Part shown: in pieces, positions 1 through 9,448 of the stretch
Layout: each line of letters begins with the position of its first letter
Numbering within the stretch: position 1 is the first letter of the stretch
Source: a virus
Strand: one strand, 5' to 3'
DNA: 64,000 nt
Virus record (IMG/VR): IMGVR_UViG_3300002542_000006
Location: 4,740 to 68,739 of that record
The notes under the pieces: model-generated
What the model was told of the DNA's origin: nothing
What the model saw: only the letters and a program-made list of their open reading frames with translations
Databases searched by the model: none
Program-made: the position numbers and the translations under genes

Positions 1-14
1 CACATAAAAGTCGA

Positions 15-1202
15 TTAACCTTCGTAACCTGCCGGATATTCCACATAGATATCATATCTCTTCTTCGTAGGTTTAAGATTTTTCATAATTTTAGGCAACT
101 CTACGAACTTTTCAAGGAATTCCTTGATAACTTCATCGTCAGGATTTTTATCCAAATACTTCTCAATAATATAGATATTATCATACACTCTATCAAGAAG
201 ACTTAAACGTTCATAGTTAGAGGACATATTTTGCATCTTAAATGTAATGATATCATATTCCTTTTGGAGAGAGGTCGGATTAGGCCGCTTTCTTTTAATA
301 ACACTTTCTATTACATAAGAAGCGTCGTCGCCTTTCTTACTCATAATGAATTCAATAGTTGATTCTTGAAGCATAGAAAGTTCATACGGTTTCATATACT
401 CAATTTCGCTAACTTTTTGCCCGAATAACTCTTCCTTCACTTCAATATCAATAGACGGGAAAAGTTTAAATATTTTAGTATCATAGAATTTTTCTACGTA
501 TTGTTTATGCCAATTATATTGTCTCATGATACCTTTCATTTTTTCCATAACGATTTTAATCATTACAGAAGCAATATAGGTGTCAGCAATATCTTGATGG
601 TCTGGATTTGAGAGATCGAACTCTTCAATTTGTTCAGAAATGGTTTTAATAGCCGAATTGAAGTTCTCGTATATATCCATTTCAATAAGAATACGATCAG
701 GTTCATATATTTCAATATCAGGAAGGACGGGTTCTTTATAAGTTCTATTTGCGATATCTAGTAATGCTAAATCCCTTATTTTATTATCCATATTATAGAG
801 AACCTCAATTACTTTCATATGAGTCATACGACAAGCATGATATAATGCAGCTTTGAACCTCTCAATTGCTGTATATGTCAATACATTATGTGAGAGATCA
901 TGAATGAGCAAGGCTGCAATTTGTTTACCGTCCAAAAGGTCTAATAAGCTTTTTTGAATTTCAACTGCATAGCTTCTTATCTCAATACCTTTTTGATTTG
1001 ACAGCACAGTTTTTGGAAATACTATCATTCCATAAAAAGTCTGCGCTCTTGTCGAATCGTTTATTATTACATCAATACAAGGAATTTTAATTTCATTATT
1101 TAAAATATTTCTAATTTTATTGAGATATTCCTTTCTATTCTCGTAATTGTTTTTCAGTTCATCAAAAGTTACGGCCAAAAAATTGAACACATATTTATTC
1201 AC
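15..1202 (-). CDS. Hypothetical protein, probable virion/head protein
   Basis: 395-aa ORF with GTG start and SD AAGGGAGG; directly downstream of the capsid gene; no recognisable catalytic motif. Confidence 0.55.
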   Translation of the reverse strand: MNKYVFNFLAVTFDELKNNYENRKEYLNKIRNILNNEIKIPCIDVIINDSTRAQTFYGMIVFPKTVLSNQKGIEIRSYAVEIQKSLLDLLDGKQIAALLIHDLSHNVLTYTAIERFKAALYHACRMTHMKVIEVLYNMDNKIRDLALLDIANRTYKEPVLPDIEIYEPDRILIEMDIYENFNSAIKTISEQIEEFDLSNPDHQDIADTYIASVMIKIVMEKMKGIMRQYNWHKQYVEKFYDTKIFKLFPSIDIEVKEELFGQKVSEIEYMKPYELSMLQESTIEFIMSKKGDDASYVIESVIKRKRPNPTSLQKEYDIITFKMQNMSSNYERLSLLDRVYDNIYIIEKYLDKNPDDEVIKEFLEKFVELPKIMKNLKPTKKRYDIYVEYPAGYEG

Positions 1203-1267
1203 ACCGAGGTTCCTCCCTTTAAATAGTAGAATTTATATTAAGTTCTGAAATTAAATTACAAAAGAAA

Positions 1268-1294
1268 CTCCCAGTGGTTTTTTACCACTGGGAG
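1268..1294 (-). terminator. Intrinsic terminator after the capsid gene
   Basis: 10-bp stem CTCCCAGTGG/CCACTGGGAG followed by a T-rich run on the minus strand. Confidence 0.8.
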
Positions 1295-1306
1295 CTCTGT
1301 TGTTTG

Positions 1307-2953
1307 TTAGCTGAGGTAGAACCCGTCATAATAGTCGGCGTAGTTGTTCTGCATTTCGATAACCGCCATCACCGGATAGTATTCCTTGGTTTGATAACGG
1401 CTCGAAACCATGATAGCCGGGAGCGCCGGGTTCACACTGCTCCGGTATTTGTTCGAAACGTAGTTCGCATACCGGTAGTGGTTGATCGTGATCATGTTGT
1501 TTTGGATCGAGTTCGGAATCAGGTTGACATAGATCTTACCCGGCTCCACGCGATCCGTGGACAGGTAGAAGATCGTATTTCCGGTGCTCATAACCGCAAA
1601 ATCGTAGTTGACTTGCGAGGTACCGGTCATATCTTGATTCCGGCGGAAGATATATTGCTCACCGGAAGCGTTCGGAATCCGAATATCGATCGGGTTTCCG
1701 ACAACGCGGAAGTGACAATCATCCAGTTGAAGTTCCGATTTCAGGCGGATACATACCCGTTCAATGAACGGATGGAATTCCCGCCGCAGCCATTCCTCAC
1801 GACCCAGACTGAATCCAGCATCCGGGGTTGCATTGAACTGCTTCGTCAGAATAGCCTGGGATTCGAGGTCTTTCAGGACTTCATAGATGGACCGGTCTTC
1901 GATTTGCTCGATCAGTTGACCCATTTGGTTGGTGTACTCTTCGAGCACGTTGACGCCAGTCATGCGAGACACATCGTCGATGAATTCGACGGACGGATTC
2001 ACTTCGATGTGTGCGCCATCCGGAATCGCAACGTTGGTGTGCTTGTGTTCGAAGCCCGTCACCAGAGCTTTGAGGTGAGTTTCGGACGACAAGCGAGCAG
2101 CGAATGTAACCGTTTTGACGCGCGGCGAAGTCGAGCTCAGGCTCGTAAGAACAGCAGCTTCAAAATCAATTTCACCCATGATCGTTGCTTTCTTCTGGTC
2201 GTCGCCGAATACAACATCTACGCTGAAGCGACCAGTTTCGATGTCGATTTGGCGAGAACGGCCAACGATCTTGAGCGTATCCGGATCTTCCGGAGTCGTG
2301 CCATCTTCTTTGACAGCAGTGAATGCTTTCACAGAGATATCAATCGCAAGCTTGTTGCGGGCGTCGATCGAATTCTCCGCGAAGATGTCATAGCTAGATG
2401 CCGGGCAGTCAACCGTAAAGTCGAATTTTTGATGCAGGTTGTTCACCAGATTCGAGTTGCGGTTGAAAGCATCGACGAAGTAATGCTTGTTGCCTTGGAT
2501 GTCGATCACGTATTGTTTACGTTCAGTGATCTTGAACGCAGGCTTCTCAGCCTGTACCGTTTTCACGGCGCGGTGCATAACAGCTTTCACATAAGAGCGA
2601 ATTTGGAAACCGAACGACGTCAGCGAAATCGGCTTCAGTGCAGCCAGACCTTGCTGAGTAGACTCAGTGAGCAGCTCGTTGACAACGTTTTGCATCGAAA
2701 CTGCACGGGCCGCAGCATCTTCCCGAAGAACAGCGTTAACCAATCCAGTGCCTTCAAATTGTTGGCGTTCAAGGATTTCATTGACGGACTCCAGGAACGC
2801 TTGTGCGGACTCCTTCGATTTGAAAATGCTTGCCATATCGTTGGCGACGTTGCTTCCATACGTTTCATACAACGCTTCATAGAAGCTCTGCACCTGGCGA
2901 TCGGAAGCGGTAGACATCCCCAACGTCAGCTCAAGATATTCCGGCTTTGACAT
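1307..2953 (-). CDS. Probable major capsid protein precursor
   Basis: 548 aa; strong SD AAAGGAGG; extreme codon bias (no TTA/CTA/TCA codons); own terminator; in the head module next to the prohead protease; candidate maturation site LTE|S about 97 aa in. Confidence 0.7.
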   Translation of the reverse strand: MSKPEYLELTLGMSTASDRQVQSFYEALYETYGSNVANDMASIFKSKESAQAFLESVNEILERQQFEGTGLVNAVLREDAAARAVSMQNVVNELLTESTQQGLAALKPISLTSFGFQIRSYVKAVMHRAVKTVQAEKPAFKITERKQYVIDIQGNKHYFVDAFNRNSNLVNNLHQKFDFTVDCPASSYDIFAENSIDARNKLAIDISVKAFTAVKEDGTTPEDPDTLKIVGRSRQIDIETGRFSVDVVFGDDQKKATIMGEIDFEAAVLTSLSSTSPRVKTVTFAARLSSETHLKALVTGFEHKHTNVAIPDGAHIEVNPSVEFIDDVSRMTGVNVLEEYTNQMGQLIEQIEDRSIYEVLKDLESQAILTKQFNATPDAGFSLGREEWLRREFHPFIERVCIRLKSELQLDDCHFRVVGNPIDIRIPNASGEQYIFRRNQDMTGTSQVNYDFAVMSTGNTIFYLSTDRVEPGKIYVNLIPNSIQNNMITINHYRYANYVSNKYRSSVNPALPAIMVSSRYQTKEYYPVMAVIEMQNNYADYYDGFYLS

Positions 2954-3050
2954 GTTTCTTTTCCTCCTTTAGTAGAGTAAGTAAAATATTTATTCTTTGT
3001 TGGGTTTTTATAAAACCTCGATTTTATGTTGATTCTTGAAAATTAATTTT

Positions 3051-3698
3051 TTATTTATCTTTAGAAGACATTTCTACGATGTTTTTATAAAGTTCATCTA
3101 AATATCGTTTTTCTAGCACAAATTGCATAAAATTATGGTAATTTATCTCATAGGAATTATCAGCATATTTATATAGAATATAATCATTAAGCTTCTCCAA
3201 AAGATCTGAACCCTTCTCAATAGCTATCGTCAAATAATGCCTTACATGATCAGAAGTTGGTACAAATTCAGATAGTTCATTAATAAGTCTTGAAGTGTCA
3301 TCTCTTAAATCTCTATATTTATTAAAATTTTTGAAAGCAAGTATACTTCTGGTTTTTGGGTCTATATTTAACAGACTGCCAGGTTTGGGTTCATTAGATA
3401 TTGAAGATGACTCACCTCCCGAATCTTCGCCAGCTTCAGGTTCAGTAGATGAAGAGTCATCTTGATCGTCTGAATCGTCTTCGTCTTCTAAACCATACTT
3501 ATCATCTTCAGAATCATCCTGATTCGGATTATCCTCAGCGGATTCATCCCCTTCAGGTTCTTGATCGCTAGTTGCAGGCTGTTCTTCTCCACTAGCAATA
3601 TCTTCTTCATTTTCAAGATCATATTTATCCTCTTCTGCTTCCAAGAGAATATTATTTCCTTCCAATATCATCTTGAGTCTTTCTTTAATAGATGACAC
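3051..3698 (-). CDS. Acidic head-associated protein (scaffold/internal protein candidate)
   Basis: 215 aa with a long D/E-rich disordered segment and N-terminal ERLKMILEG motif; adjacent to capsid gene. Confidence 0.5.
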   Translation of the reverse strand: MSSIKERLKMILEGNNILLEAEEDKYDLENEEDIASGEEQPATSDQEPEGDESAEDNPNQDDSEDDKYGLEDEDDSDDQDDSSSTEPEAGEDSGGESSSISNEPKPGSLLNIDPKTRSILAFKNFNKYRDLRDDTSRLINELSEFVPTSDHVRHYLTIAIEKGSDLLEKLNDYILYKYADNSYEINYHNFMQFVLEKRYLDELYKNIVEMSSKDK

Positions 3699-3711
3699 TG
3701 TAATCCCTCCT

Positions 3712-4410
3712 TTAGTCCTTTATGTTATACTGTATTCGATCCATTGCTCTACCAATTTGATTTTCAATTCTCATAAGTTTATATTTAGCCTTAATATCTC
3801 CTCTGGCCTCAGCATCCTTGATTTTTTCTTGCACAACCCTCAATTCAAATTTCAGGTCGTTAAAAATAAGATTCTTATATTTTGCATCAGTTCTTTTATC
3901 AATAGCAGTTTGAACTAAAATTGCTAATATAGTAGAAATAATTTTTACAGGAATTCCCCCAGGAATAAGAAGTCCTATAATAAAAGACCTTATAAGATTC
4001 TTGAGCATTCTTGAAAGATCTATGGTTCTTTTAACCACAGTATCATAGGTTGCATTTCTTTTACTTTCTCTATGAAGTTTAATAAATCTATTGAATTTCT
4101 CATTTAACCTTTCGGCCATTTGTTTTTCAGCAAGAGTAAATTTGACAAGAGTTTTCGATACTTTATCTTTAGCCTTTCTAAATGTCTGAGCTATATTTTC
4201 ATTTAATTGCGCCTCATCAATTTCTTCAATAATAATAGATTCTTGAATAGTTTCTATAAGAGAATCGATCAAGGCTTCCAGTTTTAAATCTTGATCAATC
4301 CCATCATCTTTATTTTCCAGCGTATCTTCAAAATTCAATTCATTTATTGATTCAAGTATTTTCATCTTGTGCTCGGATATAAACTTACTATTGTAAAAGC
4401 TTGTATCCAT
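3712..4410 (-). CDS. Probable internal head protein
   Basis: 232 aa; late-type promoter at 4443-4454; several [LI]xE-S sites; hydrophobic segment followed by basic helices. Confidence 0.5.
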   Translation of the reverse strand: MDTSFYNSKFISEHKMKILESINELNFEDTLENKDDGIDQDLKLEALIDSLIETIQESIIIEEIDEAQLNENIAQTFRKAKDKVSKTLVKFTLAEKQMAERLNEKFNRFIKLHRESKRNATYDTVVKRTIDLSRMLKNLIRSFIIGLLIPGGIPVKIISTILAILVQTAIDKRTDAKYKNLIFNDLKFELRVVQEKIKDAEARGDIKAKYKLMRIENQIGRAMDRIQYNIKD

Positions 4411-4489
4411 GAAAATTCTCTCCCTTTATGAATATATTAGATTATTCAAATGTTTCAAAATATACATTAGTACAGCGTTTGGTAATTCA

Positions 4490-4501
4490 AACACTACAAT
4501 A
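4490..4501 (+). promoter_or_regulatory. Late-type promoter AACA-N6-TA (representative; other exact copies at 4443-, 9733-, 16045-, 20328-, 22338-, 39284+, 47673-, 61842-, 62935+)
   Basis: Matches the published AR9 late consensus; located upstream of protease, head, tail and recA genes. Confidence 0.8.
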
Positions 4502-4529
4502 ATAGTAGACTACTTTTTTGAGAAAGGAT

Positions 4530-5414
4530 ATGATGAAAAATATGTTTACCACCAAAACAAAAAAAGAGTTTCCTATCTACTATATAGTAGAAGCAGCAAT
4601 CAACCCAGACGACATAAAGACTGAGATTATAAGAGAAAATGTAGTAGATACGGCAGATGGGAAGAAAGTGAAGACTGTTACTGCCGAATCTGTTCTTCAA
4701 AGCTTCGAAAGAATTAATTGGAATGGTCGTAGTTATCCTGGAAATATTGTTATGAGAAGTCTTAATGAAGACCCGAAAATTCAAAACGATATTCGTATGA
4801 GACAATGGGCAGGGGAATGGTGCCATCCGGACAGCACAAGCCCCGTTCGTCAATCTCAAGTTCTTGATCCTTTCGTGTCTCATTATATTGATAAGTATTG
4901 GCAGGATGGAAACCTTCTTAAGGCACATGTAACCACGGCACCTTTTGGCTACGGTTTGGATATGTATAACAAACTTATGGCAGGTCGTCCATGGGGCTTC
5001 TCTCTCCGGGCATTTGGGGCTACTGATTCAAACAATGTAGCTATTTGGCCTCTTAGAATTATCACCTATGACCAGGTAAACAGACCTTCACATAAAGAGG
5101 CATATTCTACAAGACAAAACGTCATTTCTAAAAACGAATACACTGATGATTTCTTACAGGAATGTTCGGTTATGTATCCCGTAGATCAATCTACTCTACA
5201 AAAAGAAATTACAAACTTCGTTCTTGAAAAATCCGATAATGTAAAGATCGCTAAAGAATTGTTTGGTCTCCAAGAATCTCAAGGAGAGTTTAATGATAAA
5301 GGCCAAGTAATGCTTGAAGGATCTTATCTTGGTACTACTATTAGAGTATATCTTCCAGTGGAGTCATATATTCGAGAAAATTATATGAATATGCTCCGCA
5401 GTCTTAAGCAATAA
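4530..5414 (+). CDS. Prohead core protease (T4 gp21/phiKZ gp175 family)
   Basis: GEWCHP (cf. GELGHP) and WGFSLRAFG (cf. GVSSRG) catalytic His/Ser motifs; late promoter 4490-4501; start refined to the ATG after SD GAAAGGA. Confidence 0.85.
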   Translation: MMKNMFTTKTKKEFPIYYIVEAAINPDDIKTEIIRENVVDTADGKKVKTVTAESVLQSFERINWNGRSYPGNIVMRSLNEDPKIQNDIRMRQWAGEWCHPDSTSPVRQSQVLDPFVSHYIDKYWQDGNLLKAHVTTAPFGYGLDMYNKLMAGRPWGFSLRAFGATDSNNVAIWPLRIITYDQVNRPSHKEAYSTRQNVISKNEYTDDFLQECSVMYPVDQSTLQKEITNFVLEKSDNVKIAKELFGLQESQGEFNDKGQVMLEGSYLGTTIRVYLPVESYIRENYMNMLRSLKQ

Positions 5415-5443
5415 TATTGAAATATAGTTCTCTTTGAGGAGGG

Positions 5444-6166
5444 TTGTTAATGAATATCAATACAATACTGGATATACTCCTCAACCAAAGGCTTGGTCTT
5501 GTTGAATATAAATTGGATTATTTATATCCAGAGATTCATAAAAATCTTCTTACTAACACATTACCTATCTTCTCACAATACTTTCCATATTATAGAAGAT
5601 ATTTATTCAATCCCAGTGAAAATAAGTCAGACGTCGAAAATGAATATTATCTGAATATACCGGAGGTCCAAGCAAATAAATTACATGTTATTTCAGTAGC
5701 AGATGTGAGGGCTAAATCCGGGGTTGAAGGTAATGCATTTATGGATAGCTATAGACCATTTGCAATGACGATAGAGGACGTTCTTATTAACTCTGCGTCT
5801 ACAAATATTGCATCCTTGACTAACTATAGTTACAGAATGTTTAGATTTATACCTCCTAATAAAATACGTCTAAAAGGTTTTGGAGAATATGAGGTATATA
5901 TCACATTAAAATTGACATACCCATCATTCTCATCTATACCAGAATCTATAATAGAGCAATTCCTCGACTTGGCGGAATGTGATATAAAAATCTTCATATA
6001 TAATAAGCTGAAACATTATGATCAGCTTAGTATGCCTATGGGTAATATGGATCTCAAACTTGGAATATTCGAGAATGGCGAATCCGAACGTAGAGATCTT
6101 ATAGAGAAATTCAATACGAGAGGATTTGCAAATAAGGCTCGAAGATTCTATCATCGTTACGAGTAA
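5444..6166 (+). CDS. Hypothetical virion protein (head completion/neck candidate)
   Basis: 240-aa ORF with SD GAGGAGG, co-oriented with the protease; function inferred from position only. Confidence 0.45.
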   Translation: MLMNINTILDILLNQRLGLVEYKLDYLYPEIHKNLLTNTLPIFSQYFPYYRRYLFNPSENKSDVENEYYLNIPEVQANKLHVISVADVRAKSGVEGNAFMDSYRPFAMTIEDVLINSASTNIASLTNYSYRMFRFIPPNKIRLKGFGEYEVYITLKLTYPSFSSIPESIIEQFLDLAECDIKIFIYNKLKHYDQLSMPMGNMDLKLGIFENGESERRDLIEKFNTRGFANKARRFYHRYE

Positions 6167-6192
6167 TTTTCAAATTAAGCAAAAAAAAAAAT

Positions 6193-6225
6193 AAATCCAG
6201 GGAAGGTGTATTCTTCCCTGGATTT
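6193..6225. terminator. Bidirectional terminator between convergent genes
   Basis: 13-bp stem AAATCCAGGGAAG/CTTCCCTGGATTT with a flanking poly-A run. Confidence 0.8.
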
Positions 6226-6226
6226 G

Positions 6227-6439
6227 TTATCCATTTATTTCTCTTGCCACTTCTTCAATTACTCTGAAACTCCCATCTACATATTCCGCACCTTCAATGG
6301 GAAGATAATCAATATTCTCGGCGATTTGTAAAGCCTCATCAATATCCCGAGCCTTGATTCTCACATAGTTTCCTACTTCCCAGGTTATCGGAATTGTATA
6401 TTCCTTCTGTAACCATACTTTGATTTTACTTTTTGCCAC
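6227..6439 (-). CDS. Small hypothetical protein (~70 aa)
   Basis: GTG start at 6439 after GAGGAAGG, overlapping the end of the RNAP subunit gene. Confidence 0.6.
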   Translation of the reverse strand: MAKSKIKVWLQKEYTIPITWEVGNYVRIKARDIDEALQIAENIDYLPIEGAEYVDGSFRVIEEVAREING

Positions 6440-8348
6440 CGAACGGCCCTTCCTCATTTAGTTCTATTTTTATAAGCCCATTTTTGTTTCTCACATACGA
6501 CCCTGGGCTATAATCAGGTCTCGGTCTAGCTGTTATCCTGATAAGATGGAAGTTCCTCTTAATTACAATAAACCCTTTAGAATTACGCACATAAGCAGAC
6601 GAGTCCAAATTTCTTTGAACTTTTATCAGTCCACTAGATGTACGCACATACTCTGGTTTGACAATTTGAATGTAACCTTCATCATTCCTAAAATCTCTAT
6701 ACTTCAGATTGAACTTACGTTTATCATGTTCTTCTCTAATTGCCTTATAGTGAGCTTGTATCATTCCATAATACTGCTCATTTTCTTTAATTTGCTTAAT
6801 ACGTTTTCTGAGTCTCTTAGCATATGGTCTTTCAATAGACTCAGAATCCCCGAAATATCCGCCATCATAGATCTTACAGAACGGTGTTAACATACCAGAA
6901 ATTCCAGGTGAGCTCGATGAAATAGCATTAAGCTCAAATCTTCCAAGATAGCTAGGATAAATATCTCGTTGTTCATCCTTAACCTTATCAGAGGGTAGAC
7001 CCTGAATCCCTGTGAATGAAAACTTCAAGCCATTTAGCGCTTGAAGATCATTGATATCAATATTGTAACGGAATAGAGGAGAAGGTTTCCTCCCTCTGAA
7101 TAGTGACTTTATCAAAATGTGCTCATCAAATTTGAAGATTCTAGAAAGTTTTTCTTTGTCATACGGCCTCAAATTGAGGGCATAATTGACCTTATCTTTC
7201 AAGAATCTACTAAAATGAGCAGCAATATATTCATTGGTCCTTATTCTCTTATTGAGAAGAGAATTATTATCCATATTTCTCAGTTCGTTAAACTCCCTCA
7301 TCATCCAACGCAATACACAATAGATATCTGCTTTATCTTTATAGTCTATTCTCAGAGAATTCTGAGTTGCAGAATCAAGAACATTTCTAAATGATTTTAG
7401 TACATCATATCCTTTATTCAACTGATTTTTTGCAGCGGACGTGAAAAGAGAACCAAGCCTCTTTACCCATAACTCATTATCATAGATATCCTCAATTTTA
7501 TTTCTAGTATTGAAGATCTGGATAAGCATTCCGGTAAATGATCTAAAGAACGCATCATCTTCAAATAAAGTCTTTTCCGCTTCTAGAAGTATATTCGAGT
7601 TTACTTTGAAGTAATAGAATAGTTCAGGGTTTTTCACTTCAGTCACTACGTTTAGAAACTTATCATAACCAAAGAACTCGATTGTTCCCAATATTCCCTT
7701 TTTAGCAGCAAAATAGAAAATAGGATTGAATTTCTTTTTGAATAAATTTACCACGAGATTACTAATCCTAAATTCTTTACCGGAATCTACACATATAAGA
7801 ATAAATCTTTTACGCTTATCTTCTCTACTAAGTCTGAGTTGAATTCTTGACTTTAGAATCACCTCACCTTTCCGGTTATAGGTAGCATTATCAACTACCT
7901 GGAACATGGCAAGAGTCTTGTTTCCGGAAATCATGAAGTGATATCTATCTATATATTTTGGAAGAAGGATAGTATTTTCAACTTTTTCGCCACCGACAAT
8001 ATCTACAGTAAATTTTATAGCATCATAGATATCCGGTTGAACCGGAATGAGTTTTTCAATTCTATTCTTAATAATCTTCCTATTCTTGATATTCCTCAAA
8101 TTCAGACGAATATCAAGTTTTGAAGGATCTCGAATATATTCAACATCTCTTACAAAGATATCAGGAAGCATTTCGATAGATTTCAGATCTTCAGCAATAA
8201 ACTCCCAGATTTGTTTCCCTTTTCTTCTATCAAAGAGATCTTCATTGACACCAGCTTCAGTGGCCATTCTGTCTGACATCATTGCGACCATTTGGCTCAC
8301 ATAGTTTTTCGCCAATCCTATCTTCCTTCCTTTCCGCTTATAGTACAC
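6426..8348 (-). CDS. RNA polymerase beta-like subunit, N-terminal half (probably non-virion RNAP)
   Basis: 640 aa; RDIYPSYLGRFELNAISSSSPGISGMLTPF matches the beta region RDVHxSHYGRxCPIETPEGPNIGLI; C-terminal repeat tail. Confidence 0.8.
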   Translation of the reverse strand: MYYKRKGRKIGLAKNYVSQMVAMMSDRMATEAGVNEDLFDRRKGKQIWEFIAEDLKSIEMLPDIFVRDVEYIRDPSKLDIRLNLRNIKNRKIIKNRIEKLIPVQPDIYDAIKFTVDIVGGEKVENTILLPKYIDRYHFMISGNKTLAMFQVVDNATYNRKGEVILKSRIQLRLSREDKRKRFILICVDSGKEFRISNLVVNLFKKKFNPIFYFAAKKGILGTIEFFGYDKFLNVVTEVKNPELFYYFKVNSNILLEAEKTLFEDDAFFRSFTGMLIQIFNTRNKIEDIYDNELWVKRLGSLFTSAAKNQLNKGYDVLKSFRNVLDSATQNSLRIDYKDKADIYCVLRWMMREFNELRNMDNNSLLNKRIRTNEYIAAHFSRFLKDKVNYALNLRPYDKEKLSRIFKFDEHILIKSLFRGRKPSPLFRYNIDINDLQALNGLKFSFTGIQGLPSDKVKDEQRDIYPSYLGRFELNAISSSSPGISGMLTPFCKIYDGGYFGDSESIERPYAKRLRKRIKQIKENEQYYGMIQAHYKAIREEHDKRKFNLKYRDFRNDEGYIQIVKPEYVRTSSGLIKVQRNLDSSAYVRNSKGFIVIKRNFHLIRITARPRPDYSPGSYVRNKNGLIKIELNEEGPFGGKK

Positions 8349-8452
8349 ATTATCATATTCTCTATATACTTTTTATAGATAAAAAATTTTTAATAAACGC
8401 CATAGGCCGAAACCGGATTGATGTCCGGTTTCGGCTTGACGTATAAAGGTTA

Positions 8453-9157
8453 TTAAACCAATGCTTCGATAAGGCGGTCGTTCTTGATCGTTTGTTTGAA
8501 TTCTTTGCTGGGAACAAATCCGACTTCCCACTTGTCCTTCTTACGCTCAATCGTATAAGTTCCCTCTCCGGGAACTTCATACTTCACAACTTCATCCGCC
8601 GACTTGCTGTTTGCAAGTACGTGAATGATGGCTGCAATGTGAAGCGCAATGAACAGTTGAGCCGACGTCTCATCCAGTTCTACGCCACGGTCCGCCTCTG
8701 TTTTCTTTTCAACCCATTCGCCTTCCTGGACATCATATTCATCCAGTTTGCAGCAATGGATGACCGTATCCAGCAGAAGCTTGCTGTCGATAGAAGAAGC
8801 AATGGATTCAATCAGCGACACATTGTTGTACAGCTTATCTTCGAAGCTGTCCAGTTCGCTCAAGAACTTCTTCTCGTTCGTGAGACTGAACGTCGGATTC
8901 AGCGACAGAGACTCGCCGGACTTCCGTGCGACGACTCCATAAGTAAACGGGCCGATAACCAGCTGTACTTCTTCCCTGGGCTCCTGATCCATCATCAGGT
9001 ACAGCGTGCGCGGGATTGCATTCGAAATCCCCGTATCAATAATCGCCTGAAGTGCAAGGTCGATTTCTGCCTTTTTCGTTTCGCCGTTGATGTTGCGTTC
9101 GCAGTGAAACGCTTTCGAAGATACAGAATTTGTTACCTCGATAAGTTTCTTTGCCAT
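8453..9157 (-). CDS. Highly expressed early hypothetical protein (234 aa)
   Basis: ATG at 9157 after SD AGGAGGAG; early promoter and 5' stem-loop upstream; codon bias as in capsid gene. Confidence 0.75.
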   Translation of the reverse strand: MAKKLIEVTNSVSSKAFHCERNINGETKKAEIDLALQAIIDTGISNAIPRTLYLMMDQEPREEVQLVIGPFTYGVVARKSGESLSLNPTFSLTNEKKFLSELDSFEDKLYNNVSLIESIASSIDSKLLLDTVIHCCKLDEYDVQEGEWVEKKTEADRGVELDETSAQLFIALHIAAIIHVLANSKSADEVVKYEVPGEGTYTIERKKDKWEVGFVPSKEFKQTIKNDRLIEALV

Positions 9158-9232
9158 TCTAAAACTCCTCCTATTAATGAAGTTTTTATTGTAAAGACAC
9201 ACTTAGTATAAACTAATAATGTGTCTTTCACA

Positions 9233-9250
9233 CAATAATAATATATATTT
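9233..9250 (-). promoter_or_regulatory. Early-type promoter motif TATATATTAT (representative; other copies at 9336, 12005, 14636, 19111, 20365, 27562, 28203, 30943, 45885, 49294, 50703, 62864)
   Basis: 13 intergenic copies found by eye, all on the minus strand upstream of minus-strand genes; resembles the phiKZ early TATATTAC core. Confidence 0.8.
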
Positions 9251-9403
9251 GACAATTACGACGACTACAAATAGCTTATAGAAAAAATGCTACTGCATAT
9301 TACCACCTCTCGCTCGATAATATTGTTTATTAGTCAATACAATAATATATATTTGTCTTTAGTTTGCTTCAATAACTATAATTTTGAAAAATAAATATAA
9401 GTA

Positions 9404-9433
9404 GCCAGAGGGTATCATTTATAACCCTCTGGC
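9404..9433 (-). terminator. Intrinsic terminator downstream of the structured RNA
   Basis: 10-bp stem GCCAGAGGGT/ACCCTCTGGC followed by a T-rich tail on the minus strand. Confidence 0.75.
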
Positions 9434-9448
9434 CATGATATATATTAA

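Noticed and set aside
1274-2950. 558-aa plus-strand ORF antisense to the capsid gene (likewise 8492-9211, 17856-18746, 27674-28207, 45007-45891, 47007-47678, 48810-49340, 62151-62513)
   Set aside because: Same codon register as the real genes; explained by avoidance of TTA/CTA/TCA codons; no convincing SD or recognisable protein features
9290-9292. Genome-wide TAG recoding suggested by the minigene
   Set aside because: Long genes are intact under code 11, and TAG serves as a plausible normal stop (e.g. 20389, 35507)
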